Positions 35,295 to 48,135 of a stretch of 64,000 nt of DNA are shown piece by piece; positions within the stretch are counted from its first letter, which is position 1; each line of letters opens with the position of its first letter. A program made the translations under genes and the position numbers. The stretch lies in NCBI GenBank assembly GCA_030390025.1, contig CM059434.1, forward strand, positions 130,510,001 to 130,574,000. The letters are read 5' to 3'. The notes under the pieces are model-generated. The model had not been told where the DNA came from. It ran no database searches and saw nothing but the letters and a program-made list of their open reading frames with translations. This stretch comes from Squalus acanthias (taxonomy: Eukaryota).

Positions 35295-37439
35295 TCAGCT
35301 TGCAGTTCTCAAGCAGAAAGGTCAGCGATTTGATTGTGGATACCCATCCTTCAGGCTCGTGTGTCGGGCTGCATCACTGTGAGATCCCCCCCTCCCATAT
35401 CACACTAATATTAGCACATCTGCGGATAAAATGCTGGATGCATCTTGTGAGGATGTCTCTATCCAGTGTTAGCAGAGGGTCTCCTGGCTTCCCTTCCCCC
35501 CCCCCCCCTCCCCCCTCCCCCAGGAGACATGGCAAGTTGCAGGACTTGCTGCCCCTCTCCCCCAGGGCCACCATCATGTACCTCCTTGCAGCTAACACAA
35601 ATAATATTTGCAGAAGCCTCGGAGCCAGCTCCGTGCCCACCCTCGGCGTGTGGCCTGCAGGGGAGGAGGGAGAGAAGAACTTTCAGTGCAGCTGCTTTTC
35701 TTTCTGCCAACCTTCCCTCTGCAGCTCCTCTCCTGAAGTCATTGCTGGGGGTACAGTACCATGGGTCAAGTACCTCACCCCAGCTGCTCATCATCATCAT
35801 CTGTCCTAGAGAGAGAGTCTGGAGCCTATTGGACTACGGCGTGCATCACAACTGAGCCCTTTTCTGCCCTCCCACTCCCCAGCAGGTGTCACTAGATAGC
35901 GACTGGGGACGGGAATCCCAGCTAAGTTAGTTCCCCCACCCCACCCCCATCCTCCCTAGCCTAGGGGCACTGATGCTTTGTAATACCCAGTGGAGCAACT
36001 CCATTCTGTCTCCTTTAATGCTGAACTTAGCAAACTTAGAGGGGCACATAGGCTGGTGTGGAACGCTTCACGCTGTGAAACAGTTTTTCCTTTGAGTTGA
36101 CTCCTCAATAACCACCTCCCATCTGCCGTAGGGACAGGTTATTATTACCTCTGTGAATAAATCCAGGGAAGAGGGTTGAGTTTCGACTGAAAAACCATCC
36201 AGTAATCAGACAGCCGGATCAGTGGGCTGCTGTGAGCGTCAGCAGTGGGGGTGGGAGGGAGGGGGGTGTAAGGGTGACTGGACTGATAGCCCCGGGCTGT
36301 TCTGTCAGGGGGTTTATTCCCTGCAGACGGATTGCATTACACTGCATTTCAGGGAAGCCGTGCAAGATGCTGTAGGTCAAAGGTAGGATTGTGTTAGCAA
36401 ATGTGCAAGTAGACGTGGATTTAGTTGTTAAGGTTTTTCCCCTGGGGAGCTGAAGCCAGCATCTGCTTTTTTTAAAAAAAAAACACACACACACACCTGG
36501 CTTTGCTATTAATTGGGGTGTGGTGAAGGTTAGTGTTTGGGCTGTAACAAAGCATGGAATCGTTACCCATTTTACCCAATGTGACAAAGGCAGTTTATTT
36601 CCTTCCCTTCAATTTTCTTGCATTGATGTAAATTTCTGCTGTTTCTCACCACCCTGCAGTCTGCCATTTCAAGCACAGCTTCAGTTCAGAAGTCCCCACT
36701 GCCCAATATCTTTAATTTTTCCCTCCCTTTCTCTCAAATGCACTGAAGCCTCCTGGAATCTTCCTGGTTTGTATGATTCGGTACCGTTCCGTGCAGTTTA
36801 TATTCCCATTATGAGAACCCCATCGCTGCTGTTATTAAACATTATTTTTTCCTTTTTTGGGAGGGCTTCACAGCCAAGAGGGCAAATTGGGGACTTGCTC
36901 CCGGGCCTCTGCTGATACAGTTTGCTTGGGGTTACTCTGAGACTGATTTATCTCCTTCCCCGCGGGGTAGCCTATGTCCACCTTTTGCCTGACCCCTCGT
37001 GACTGGAAATTAGATGCACGTCAGCATCATCAGCGGGCAGCAAACCAAGTGTGACGATTGGTCACCCGCATGCAATGCACCATCATCTCGTGCAAATCCA
37101 CTAACAACATATAGCATTGGGGAAAGGGAAGGAGGAGAGATGTGTGACCAGCCCTCCTTGGAGATATTTAGCACGCTGTCCTTGAAACACTGACGTGGCT
37201 GTTCAGTACTCCGGTGGTAATTATTGTGCCTTTGTTCTAATTCCTGGTCGCTTGTGCCGGTTAGTAACCTCCCCCTCCTCCCTGGTCACCTTCCCTCTGA
37301 AGTACAGCAGCAGGTGCGACCATGTTTTGCTAACACAGCTCGCTGCTACAGAGCACCTGGAGCAGGCTGTTGCCTAGCGCCGGTTCCCTCGGTTGCCGCC
37401 CTGCAGATTGTTTACCTGAAGCCTCTGCCTTTCCCACAG

Positions 37440-37580
37440 GTACGCAAGTATAAAAGCATGATCCTGGAAGATCTGGAGTCCGCGCTGGCGGAGCATGCTC
37501 CCGCGCCTCAGGAGGTTAATTCTGAACTTCCACCGCTCACTATCGATGGAATCCCAGTCTCTGTGGACAAAATGACACAG
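37440..37580 (+). CDS. NRF1: NRF1 exon 5
   Basis: VRKYKSMILEDLESALAEHAPAPQEVNSELPPLTIDGIPVSVDKMTQ; 141 nt, phase 0-0. Confidence 0.97.
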
Positions 37581-37633
37581 GTGAGCTGAGCCTGTTTTGC
37601 ATTGACAAGGCATTCGAGGGAAGGGGAGGAGGA

Positions 37634-38843
37634 AATAGAAGCATAGCATAGAAGATAGGAGCAGGAGTAGGCCATTCGACCCCTCGAGCCTGCTCCGCCA
37701 TTCAATGCAATCATGGCTGATCATCCAAACTCAGTACCCTGTCCCTGCTTTCTCCCCATATCCCTTGATCCCTTTAGCCTTAAGAAATATATCTATCTCC
37801 TTCTTGAATATATTTAATGAATTGGCCTCAACTGCCTTCTGTGATAGAGAATTCCACAGGTTCACCACTCTCTGGGTGAAGAAATTCCTCCTCATCTCTG
37901 TCCTAAATGGCTTACCCCTTATCTAGACGGTGACCTCTGGTTCTGGACTCCCCCGCCATCGGGAACATCCTTCCTGCATCTAGTCTGTCTAGTTCTGTTA
38001 GAATTTTATAAGTTTCAATGAGATCCCCTCTCATTCTTCTAAACTCCAGCGAATATAAGCCTAATCGACCCAATCTCTCTTCATACGTCATTCCTGCCAT
38101 CCCAGGTATCAGTCTGGTAAATCTTCGCTGCACTCCCTCCATGGCAAGAACATCCTTACTCAGATAAGGCGACCAAAACTGCGCACAATACTCAAGGTGT
38201 GGTCTCACCAAGGCCCTGTACAACTGCAGCAAGACATCCTTGCTCCTGTACTCAAATCCTCTCGCTATGAAGGCCAACATACCATTTGCCTTCTTAACCG
38301 CCTGCTGCACCTGCATGCTTACCTTCAGCGACTGGTGCACAAGGACTCCCAGATCTCGTTGCACTTCCCCATTTCCCAATCTATTGCCGTTCAGATAATA
38401 ATCTGTCTTCCTGTTTTTGCCACCAAAGTGGATAACCTCGCATTTATCCACATTATACTGCATCTGCCATGCATCTGCCCAATCACCCAACCTGTCCAAA
38501 TCATACTGGAGTTTCTCTGCATCCTCCTCACAGCACACACGCCCACCCAGCTTTGTGTCATCTGCAAACTTAGAGATATTACATCTAGTTCCCTCGTCTA
38601 GATCATTAATATATATTGTGAATAGCTGGGGTCCTAGCACCGATCCCTGCGGTACCCCACTAGTCACTGCCACTTGGAAAAAGACCCGTTTATTCCAACT
38701 CTTTGCTTCCTGTCTGCCAACCAGTTCTCTATCCGAATTAGTACCTTACCCCCAATCCCATGTGCTTTAACTTTGCACGCTAATCTCTTATGCGGGACCT
38801 TATCGAAAGCCTTCTGAAAGTCCAAATACACCACATCCACTGG
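37634..38843 (-). mobile_element. CR1 (HER1-like) LINE fragment
   Basis: ORF 37912..38673 with GVPQGSVLGP and KFADD. Confidence 0.92.
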
Positions 38844-39212
38844 AGCGGAGTCTTCTGAAAGCTTCAACACGAGTGTCCTGATGAGAAGCTGACTTTTTCT
38901 TTACCACCTCCATTTTCTCTTCTGCTGTTCTCGCCACTCCTCCTCTCCACCACACGTTCCTTCCTCCGAAATGTGCTGATTTTCACTGGTCACCACCAGC
39001 CCACTCTGCCTTAGCCCACTGACCCGGCTTCACGTGTGGCCTCGACTCTGAGTGTTAACAGGCTATGTGAAGACGGATGGTTTCGTTGAGGTTGTTTTTT
39101 TTTCTCTTTCACACACACGCAGTTTTCAGCAGCCGTGGCAAAATAATGATCTGGACCAATAACCCTGGCCATCACTCCCCACCCCGCCTGTCCTTAACCA
39201 AGGTTTTGAATG

Positions 39213-39665
39213 ATGTGGAGATGCCGGTGTTGGACTGGGGTGGACAAATGTGAGAAGTCGCACAACACCAGGTTATAGTCCAACAGCTTTATTTGAAATC
39301 ACAAGCTTTCGGAGCGCTGCTCCTTCGTCAGGTGAAGTGAAGAGATGCATATAGGCACAGTGGACAAATGTTTTTTGTTTTCCATACAGACCCCAGCATC
39401 TGCCACATTGTCTTTGATGTAATGTTTTCCTGACTGACCTGTTTGGACACCATCCACACCTTTGATTGCCGTGATTATCTCTCTGCCGAGGTGTGATAAA
39501 GGGCAGTTGGAAAGATTAACTGTAGTCGTCTGGCAGTGTTCCCTGACTATATATGCTGTGACTATATGCATCTCTTCACTTCACCTGACGAAGGAGCAGC
39601 GCTCCGAAAGCTTGTGATTTCAAATAAAGCTGTTGGACTATAACCTGGTGTTGTGTGACTTCTCA
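39213..39665 (-). mobile_element. Penelope-like family-A insertion with 106-bp inverted arms and two intact hammerhead motifs
   Basis: Arms 39249-39354 / 39562-39667; 14-bp duplication CAAGGTTTTGAATG; hammerheads at 39299-39335 (-) and 39581-39617 (+). Confidence 0.85.
39581..39617 (+). ncRNA. Minimal hammerhead ribozyme motif, sense to the NRF1 pre-mRNA
   Basis: UCAC-CUGACGA-A-GGAGC agc GCUCC-GAA-AGCU-U-GUGA. Confidence 0.6.
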
Positions 39666-40214
39666 CAAGGTTTTGAATGTCATCTTTGTGTCCCCTTTCC
39701 AGTATGAGATCAGTTGGATCAGAAAGGGGATTAAACCTGTGGCCTTCTTGGTCTGTGGGGCTCGGTACTACACAAGGCAACGCCTCAGAGTCGGATGGTT
39801 TTGGGTTCAAGCCCCACATCAGGACTCGAGTGCATGATCCATGCTGATAGTCGGTGCAGTTCTGAGGAAGCACTGCATTGTTGGAGGTGTCATCCTGTGG
39901 ATAAGACATTTAAACCAAGTCCCTATTTGCCTGCTCCATTGGTTCTGGTAGATGTTATAGAACCTGTGGCACTATTCAAGGAATTACATAGAAACATAGA
40001 AAATAGGTACAGGAGTAGACCATTCGGTCCTTCGAGCCTGCACCGCCATTCAATGCGTTCATGGCTGAACATGCTACCTCAGTACCCCATTCCTGCTTTC
40101 TCGCCATACCCCAAATTCACCCGGTGTCCTGGCCAACGTTCCTCCCTCAACCAACAGCACAAAACAAAACAGATTAACTGTTCATTGAACTCACTGCTGC
40201 TTGTGGGAACTTGG

Positions 40215-40762
40215 AATCATAGAATGATGCAGCACAGAAGGAGGCCATTCGGCCCATCGTGCCTGTGCTGGTTCTTTGGTAGCGCTCTCTAATTAGTTCC
40301 ACTTCCCCCTGCTCTATCCCCATAGGCCTGTAATTTTTTTCCCCTTCAAGTATTTATCCAATTCCCTTTTTGAAAGTTATTATTGAATCTGCTTTCACCG
40401 CCCTTTCAGGCAGTGCATTCCAGATCACAACAACTCGCTGCGTAAAAAAAAAAACATTGTTTCCTCATTTTGCCTCTGGTTCTTTAAGACCAATCACCTT
40501 AAATCTGTGTCCTCTGGTTGCTGACCCTCTGCCACTGGAAACAGTTTCTCCTTATTTACTATGTCAAAATCATTTATGTTTTTTAACACCTCTATCAAAT
40601 CTCTGCTGGAAGGAGAACAACTCCAGCTTCTCCAGTCTCTCCACATAACCGAAGTCCCTCATCCCTGGTACCGTTCCAGTAAATCTCTTCTGCACCCTAT
40701 CTAAGGCCTTGACAACCTTCCTAAAGTGTGGTGCCCAGAATTGGCCACAATACTCCAGCTGA
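40215..40762 (-). mobile_element. CR1 3' fragment
   Basis: Reverse complement of a CR1 tail and ORF2 end. Confidence 0.75.
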
Positions 40763-40958
40763 GTATATAAAATGGATGCTGGGTTTGCCTACATGACAAT
40801 CACTGCACTTCAAACTAATTTATAGTATGTGTCGTACTTGGAGATGTTTTTGAGTGACATGATGAGTCACTACCTAAATGCAAATCCATCTTTTTTTGAT
40901 CAGCTTGGTAGGATTTTCAGTGCAAACCAAGGAAATGTCAAGAATAATGGAAGATACT

Positions 40959-41789
40959 TAGAAACATAGAAGATAGGAGCAGGAGTAGGCCATTCGGCCC
41001 CTCGAACCTGTTCCGCCATTTAATGAGATCATGGCTGATCATCTAAATTCAGTACCCTGTCCCTGCTTTCTCCCCATATCCCTTGATCCCTTTAGCCTTA
41101 AGAAATATATCCAACTCCTTCTTGAATATATTTAATGAATTGGCCTCTACTGCCTTCTGTGGCAGAGAATTCCACAGGTTCACCACTCTCTGGGTGAAGA
41201 AATTCCTCCTCACTTCTGTCCTAAATGGCTTACCCCTTATCCTTAGACTGTGACCCCTGCTTCTGGACTCCCTGACCATCGGGAACATCCTTCCTGCATC
41301 AAGTTTGTCCTGTCCTGTCAGAATTTTATAAGTTTCAATGAGATCCCCTCTCATTCTTCGAAACTCTAGCGAATACAAGCCCAATCGACCCAATCTCTCT
41401 TCATACGTCATTCCTGCCATCCCAGGTATCAGTCTGGTGAATCTTCGCTGCACTCCCTCCATGGCAAGAACATCCTTCCTCAGATAAGGCGACCAAAACT
41501 GCATACAATACTCACGGTGTGGTCTCACCAAGGCCCTGTACAACTGCAGCAAGACATCCTTGCTCCTGTAATCAAACCCTCTCGCTATGAAGGCCAACAT
41601 ACCATTTGCCTTCTTAACTGCCTGCTGCACCTGCATGCTTACCTTCAGCGACTGGTGCACAAGGACACCCAGGTCTCGTTGCACTTCCCCTTTTCCCAAT
41701 CTATTGCAGTTCAGATAATCTGCCTTCCTGTTTTTGCCACCAAAGTGGATAACCTCGCATTTATCCACATTATACTGCATCTGCCATGC
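40959..41789 (-). mobile_element. CR1 (HER1-like) fragment, sister of 37634-38843
   Basis: ORF 41049..41852. Confidence 0.9.
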
Positions 41790-43110
41790 AAATAGAAAGA
41801 TAACGATTAGACTCCACACTAGGGTCCTTTGGGAAATAGTTAATGAAATCAATCACACCCTGGCAGATACCTTTAGGGAATCATTGGAAATGGAAGTGGT
41901 GCCCAAGGATTGGGAAAGGGCGAACATAATGTCAGTTTTAAAAACTGATGTAAAGGTAATGCAGGGATCTATCAGACAATCTGATATCTGTAGTGAGTAA
42001 AGCATTAGAGGGCATCGTGAAGGAGGAACTAATGAAACATACTGACGAATAAGAGGGAGTTAGCACAGCTTCATTGGAGAACAAAGCTATTGGAGTTCTT
42101 CGAAGATATAGTGGACCTGGTGGTCAAGGGGAACTCGGGGGATATTTTATAAAGCAAAGCTTTTGACACAGTGCCACATTAGAGGTTGATCCAGGAGGTT
42201 GGAAGACACAGAATGGAGGATGTGGGGAAGAAGTGGAGGGAACAGAAGGTAGCTATAAATGGTGGCAACTAGCGGGATACCTCGGGGATCAGTGCTTGGG
42301 CCTCTGTTGTTTGGAAGTGAGGACAGAAATGGAAGTTTCTGCTGATGGTACCAAACTTTGGGAACGGGTGTGGGTGGCTGCATATTACACAGCAAGTGGA
42401 CCAAATTTCGAGGGACTTCAATAGATTAAGAAACTGGGCTGACAAGTGGCAGTCATTGTTTAATTTGTACTAAATTAAGGTAACGAGACTGGGAAAGTGG
42501 AATAAGCAGTGGAAACATAGGCTTAAAAGTATTAGTCTACATGACCAGAATCCCTGGGATACTGATGGATAGCTCACTGAAACCATCAGCACTTTGTGTG
42601 GCAGTAGTAGAGAAAGCAAACAAGATCTTGAGGTTTCTAGCTGGAGGGATAGAGAAAAAGTCCCCGGAGGTGATCATGAGCATGTGCGAAATACTGATCT
42701 GGTGCTAACTCAAGTTCTGTGTACTGTTCTGGTCACTATTACAATGGGGATATCCTGACATTGAAGTGGTTATAGAGGATACATTAGATCTGACACCCAA
42801 GTGCTGCAGAAACAGAATTTTAACGCTGGAACAAAGGTTGCCCAGTGGAGATCTAATTGAGGTATTCAGGAATCTAAGTTATAAACTATTCAGGAATCTA
42901 AGTTATAAACTAAATGCTGATCAGAAGAAGCTTTACAACGAGGGAGCATGGAGTTGATCTCAAACAGGAAAGTGAGCAGATAATTTAGGTTCAACTACTG
43001 TACAAGGTGCTGAATGTATGGAACAGACTACCCAGAGAGACCATGGAGGTGAATAGTGTTGGCAAATTCAAGAAGGGGCTAGTGGATATTTAACAGAGAA
43101 AGCAACTCGG
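41790..43110 (+). mobile_element. Highly degraded CR1 RT remnant
   Basis: VVPKDWERANI; decayed KAFD-, GSVLGP- and ADGTKL-like pieces. Confidence 0.55.
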
Positions 43111-46003
43111 AGGAATGAAATTTTCAAAATCCTCCTCCTTGTTTACAACTTCCTCCATGTCCTTACCCCACCATACCTCTGCAACCTCTTCCAGTCCTGT
43201 GTGCCAATATGTGAACTCCACTGCTCCAACTCTGACCTCGTTTATATTTCCCCCTCTTCAGATAGGGGGAATACAAAGAGCCTTCAGCTGTCTTAGCCCC
43301 ACACCCTGGAATGCTCTCTCTAAATCCCTCTTGGTATTTCTCTTGCCGCCGTCAAAACTTCCTCAAAACCTGCCAATTTGACCATGTCTTCGATCACCTC
43401 CCTGAACTCTCTTCCTCCAACTGTCCCTCGCCCCTGCGAAGCCCCAAACTATGGAACCACCCAGATGGACTGCAATGGTCCTCTATATTCTTGTGTTTCT
43501 ACATATGCTGAATAGCTCCTGATGTGGGGTTGGGGAGAGGGGGGAACAAGTAGACCAGGGTTTCCACTCCTGATCACTATCCAGCATATGCCAGGTGAGG
43601 GCAGAATCTGGCTTGGCTTTGATGGCTTGGTTGGATAGTTTCCCCAACACTCACCGTCAAGGGTCACATACGAAGAGTGGCCACCTGACTAGTGGTACTG
43701 GAGGGATGTCGACACCTGCGGGGCTGCACCCCCCCGTGCGAGTGAGCGCCTTCAGGAGCAGTCGGAGAATATATTTAGCTAAGGTAAGAAACTGAAGGTT
43801 GAAAATATTTCTCCAGCTGCTGCTGCTTCTCTCACCCCTCCTGCGTGCAGTAAGTAACTGGTGCCAACTGCGTAGGGATTTATTTAAGAATCTGAAGTGT
43901 TCGCAAGTTCTCATCAAGACTAGTTTCATCGGGCAGCTGACAGCTTCTTCAGGTGAATTGTGCTGAGCTGAGCAAATGAACACAGCAACAAAAAAAAAAA
44001 TGCACCTCTTGCCTTTTAATTGTGCCGAGGATTGGTGTCTTGTGGGAAATGAACTTGTTGCCGGTTGTCTTTACGTGTCACTTATGGGCAGGTGTGACTT
44101 GCGCACGTGTCGCTCCTAATTTCAGCAGTTCCTTGTGTTTAGCGAATGCCAGCAGGGCAAGCGCGCGTGTGTTTTATTTTCCTCGTTACTGAGTGGGCCA
44201 GGTGAGGCGGTTGCCGTGAGCTGCTAATTAGAGAGTCGGGCTGAGCCAGGTATGATGAGGCTGTTTGCTGATTGTGTCCCCAGTGGATTATAAAAGGACC
44301 CTCCAAACAAGAGCCTCAAGCTGCTGCAGCCCCCGTGCACTCCCAGCGCTGTAATTAAAACCATCTGGAAACTGGCCAAAGGATCCTAGGAACGGGTAGA
44401 GGGAGGAGGTAGATTAACCCTTTGGAAAAAAAAATGCATAAAGCAGGTTACTAAAGCTGTAATCCTCCATTAGCAATTGAGGTTTATTCATCCCTAGAAG
44501 TGGCCATTTTGTGCCAATAATTGGCCTTTGATTTTGCTGAGCTACGTTCAAATGATAGTCGGTCTCTCTCTTTGTCTGTGTGTGTTTAGGCTTGATCTGC
44601 ATGGCTATAGCATTTTATCGCATCTCAATAAGCTTTATGTACAGTGCATTACTTTGAAATGCCGAGACTTGTGTGACGTTAGCAAATACAGCAGCTATTT
44701 TGCACACCGCTAAACCCAAGCAGAATATCTAACGTTAAAAAAACTCAGCACAACGCTAGCCCAGGGGTGCTGAGGGCAGTTGCAGCAAACCTGAGCTGTT
44801 CCAGCTGAGATTAGCTGGGCTCTCTAGTCTTAATGCTACACCAAGTGAGGCTGTTATTTATAGGCAGTAAAGGAGTTTGAATCCACCTTCTTGACTGAAG
44901 GTTTCCTAATAGCAAATGGGCAGATGAAGAGGCTGGAGTAATATCAGGAAATGGGTACTTGGTGAAGTATTGTGGGCCACAGTGTTGTCGCTGGGGTTAC
45001 AGTGTTTGTTCAGTGGGCTGTGGATGATGCTGGCAAGGCCGCATTTATTGGCAATCACCAGTTGCCCCAAGAGGGGGGGTGTTGGGCTGCCGGCTTTGAG
45101 TAATTGCTTTCAAACAACTGAGTGCCTTGGTAGGACACTTCAGATGGCGCCAAGAGTCAACCACATAGTCACGTGTAGGCCAGACCAGGTAAAGGTGATG
45201 AATTTCCCTTCCCTGAACATTGGTGCCAGGGTACTTTAGGGAAAATTGCATTTGAACCAATACAGTTTTTAATGTTTTATGTGCGCTACTCTTAATTTTA
45301 TCACTTCCCATTAAGGCCATCACCACTTCCCCCACCAATAATAGACCTGTGAACACCAGTACTTCATGCTAGTCTTGTACAGCTCAAGGTGCTGTCTCCA
45401 GATGCAGATTGGAAGACTAAAATCAATAATTATACTGTTGGGTGTTTTTCAGGGTTCAAGTGAAAATTTCACATGCTCGCCTTGTATTTACTGAAATTCC
45501 AGTGCAACACTGGTACTGGCCCTGATATATAAACTTGACAGTATCCTGATTTTCTTTTTGCTCTATGCAGGTACAGTCAGACATTTCCATCTTCCCCTCC
45601 CCTCATGTGAATTTTTTCCCCTTTTTTCTCTTCCCCTGAAGACACTGAAGTCTTGCTTCCACTGGTACCGGGCTCCTGGTGGAACCTTGCCCAAGGGGTG
45701 AATGTCAACAGGCCACCTGGGGACCAATCGCAGCCGAGCCTGATGCTGCACCCTCTCTTGAGGTCCAGACGCTCTTGTGCCAACCTCGCGTGTTGCTGGA
45801 TGGTGCCCAATACAGGGAACCCTAGAGGAATAATTATTTATTCTCCAACACCCTCTCCCGCCCCTCCCACACCAAACCCCCAAAACCATGGAAACTGAGG
45901 CCAGTTGTCGGCTGAGATCAGGTAACTACCTTCCTGGTCTATATGTCTCGGCTATTTAATGAAGAAACCTGCTGAGCCTCCCGGGAATCTCAAATATATG
46001 CAA

Positions 46004-46432
46004 CACGGTGGCATAGTGGTTAGCACTGGTGCCTCACAGCGCCAGAGACCCCGGTTCGAATCTGACCTCGGGTGACTGTCTGTGTGGAGTTTGCACATTC
46101 TCCCCGTGTCTGCGTGGGTTTCCTCCGGGTGCTCCGGTTTCCTCCCACAGTCCAAAAATGTGTGGGTTAGGTTGATTTGGCTATGATAAATTGACCCTTA
46201 GTGTTAGGGGGGATTAAATATGTGGGGTTATGGGGATAGGATGGGATATGTTAGGGGGAATTAAATACGTGGGGTTACGGGGGTAGGGTGGGATATGTGT
46301 ACTGTGGGGATTAAAGCAGGGACAGGGTACTGGATTTGGATGATCAGCCATGATCGTATTGAATGGCGGAGCAGGCTCGACGGGCCGAATGGCCTACTCC
46401 TGCTCCTAGATTCTATGTTTCTATGTTTCTAT
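46004..46432 (+). mobile_element. HE1-type V-SINE, full length
   Basis: Near-identical reverse complement of 34873-35294. Confidence 0.85.
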
Positions 46433-47094
46433 TTTCCAAAAATCTGTATTCCTTCTGCTTCTCTTTTACCATCTCCCTAAAAATCGACTTCTTTCCATCA
46501 CGTGTTCTGAATCAGTTTGTTTTGCACAGATTGCAGCAAAAGCGATCGGATCCTTTCTGAACCAGTAATGTCAGTCCCTCACCATCTCGGACGATTTTGT
46601 GTGTGTGTGTGTGTGTTATTTGAATTTCTAACTGAAAGACTGACTGGATAATGACAGCATTGCGAGGAACACTGTGCTGGGGTTTGTGTCGCTGAGCCTG
46701 AATAGACTCTGATGTAATGCAGTATAAGTCCCCGAATGCTGACTGTGCACTCAATCAAAGAATGGCCACAGCCAAAGGAGAAAAGGAGCAGCTTAATCCT
46801 GTCTTTAACGTTCAGTGATCTGGTGCAAGTTATTAGCAGGGACCCTGTGTTAGACTTGCTGATGATCCAGTAGAACTAAACCCTTTGCAGTTCCATTGAT
46901 AGCAAACCTGGAAAGCCCCAGATTGAATCCGCAGTTATGCTGAGTTAGATGATCTCATTTCGGGCGGAGGTAGGATTTGTTGAGTTAGGAAGAAACCTGC
47001 TTCCATTCACTGTCCATTGACCCCCAGCTAGAAGTGTTCCTGTGTGGATGTTGGATGAGGGCAGGGTCATGTTTAATTGTGACACATTTTTTTT

Positions 47095-47405
47095 TTGTGC
47101 TCCTCTAATTCTTCCCTCTTGAGCATCCCTGATTATAATCGCTCAACCATTGGTGACCCTGCCTTCTGTTGCCTAGGCCCTAGGCTCTGGAATTCCCTCC
47201 TTAAACCTCTCCGCCTCTCTACCTCTTTTTCCTCCTTTAAGATGCTCCTTAAAATCTACCTCTTTGACCAAGCTTTTGGTCACCTGCCCTAATTTCTCCT
47301 TATGTGGCTCGGTGTCAAATTATTTTTGTCCTATAATACTTCTGTGAAGCGCCTTGGGACGATTTACTATGTTAAAGGCACTATATAAATACAAGTTGTT
47401 GTTGT
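47095..47405 (+). mobile_element. L2 3' end
   Basis: AFCCLGPRLWNSL..SFKMLLKIYLF; (GTT)n tail. Confidence 0.75.
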
Positions 47406-48135
47406 TCTTAGCAGGAATGGCAACCAAATACTTGGTCAATTAATCTATCCGGATCTAATTCTAATTCAGTTGGTGCTTTAATCCAGTCTGAATGTAATTA
47501 ATCTACATCAATCAATCGATGGGGCACAGTTTGTTTAAACGCCTGCTTTTTGATGAGAAGATTGCATTCAAATTAACATGAGCTAAACTATTGTCTTCAA
47601 TAAAAGGTTTTACATCAGTCTAAAATTGGGAAGTGTTCTGATTCCCAACACTAACATCCATCACTGGACACACACAAAAATTCAAAGATAATAAAATGTA
47701 GTAAAGAGTCACATGACTTCCATATATCGCTCAACCTTCAATCTCAGGGCTTTTGACATCATCATCTAGCTTGTCAAATAAAGTACAGTTTCCCCGCAAA
47801 ATGGAGTCAGAAACACAGAGGAATTTCACGAGCTGGAGTGGGTGTATCCATCCCATAATTGGCAGTATTTCAGAAACCGTGACGTGCACAAGAATGTACA
47901 GGACCAGAAGAAGAATTCTGGGTATGTCTCGCTGGTCCCAAAGTTATATAAAAAAAAACACTGAACGCCATCTCTTGTACACCTCAATCTCTTCCATCAA
48001 AACATTATCCGGCTATCTCTTCAATTTGCCAAAGTTCTCCGCTCCCCCCCCCCCCCGGGTATCCCTGGGCAGCCCATTCCACACGAATATTTGACTGGCC
48101 AGGTTACCGTTCCTCTCTGTCTTTGCCTCCTCCAG

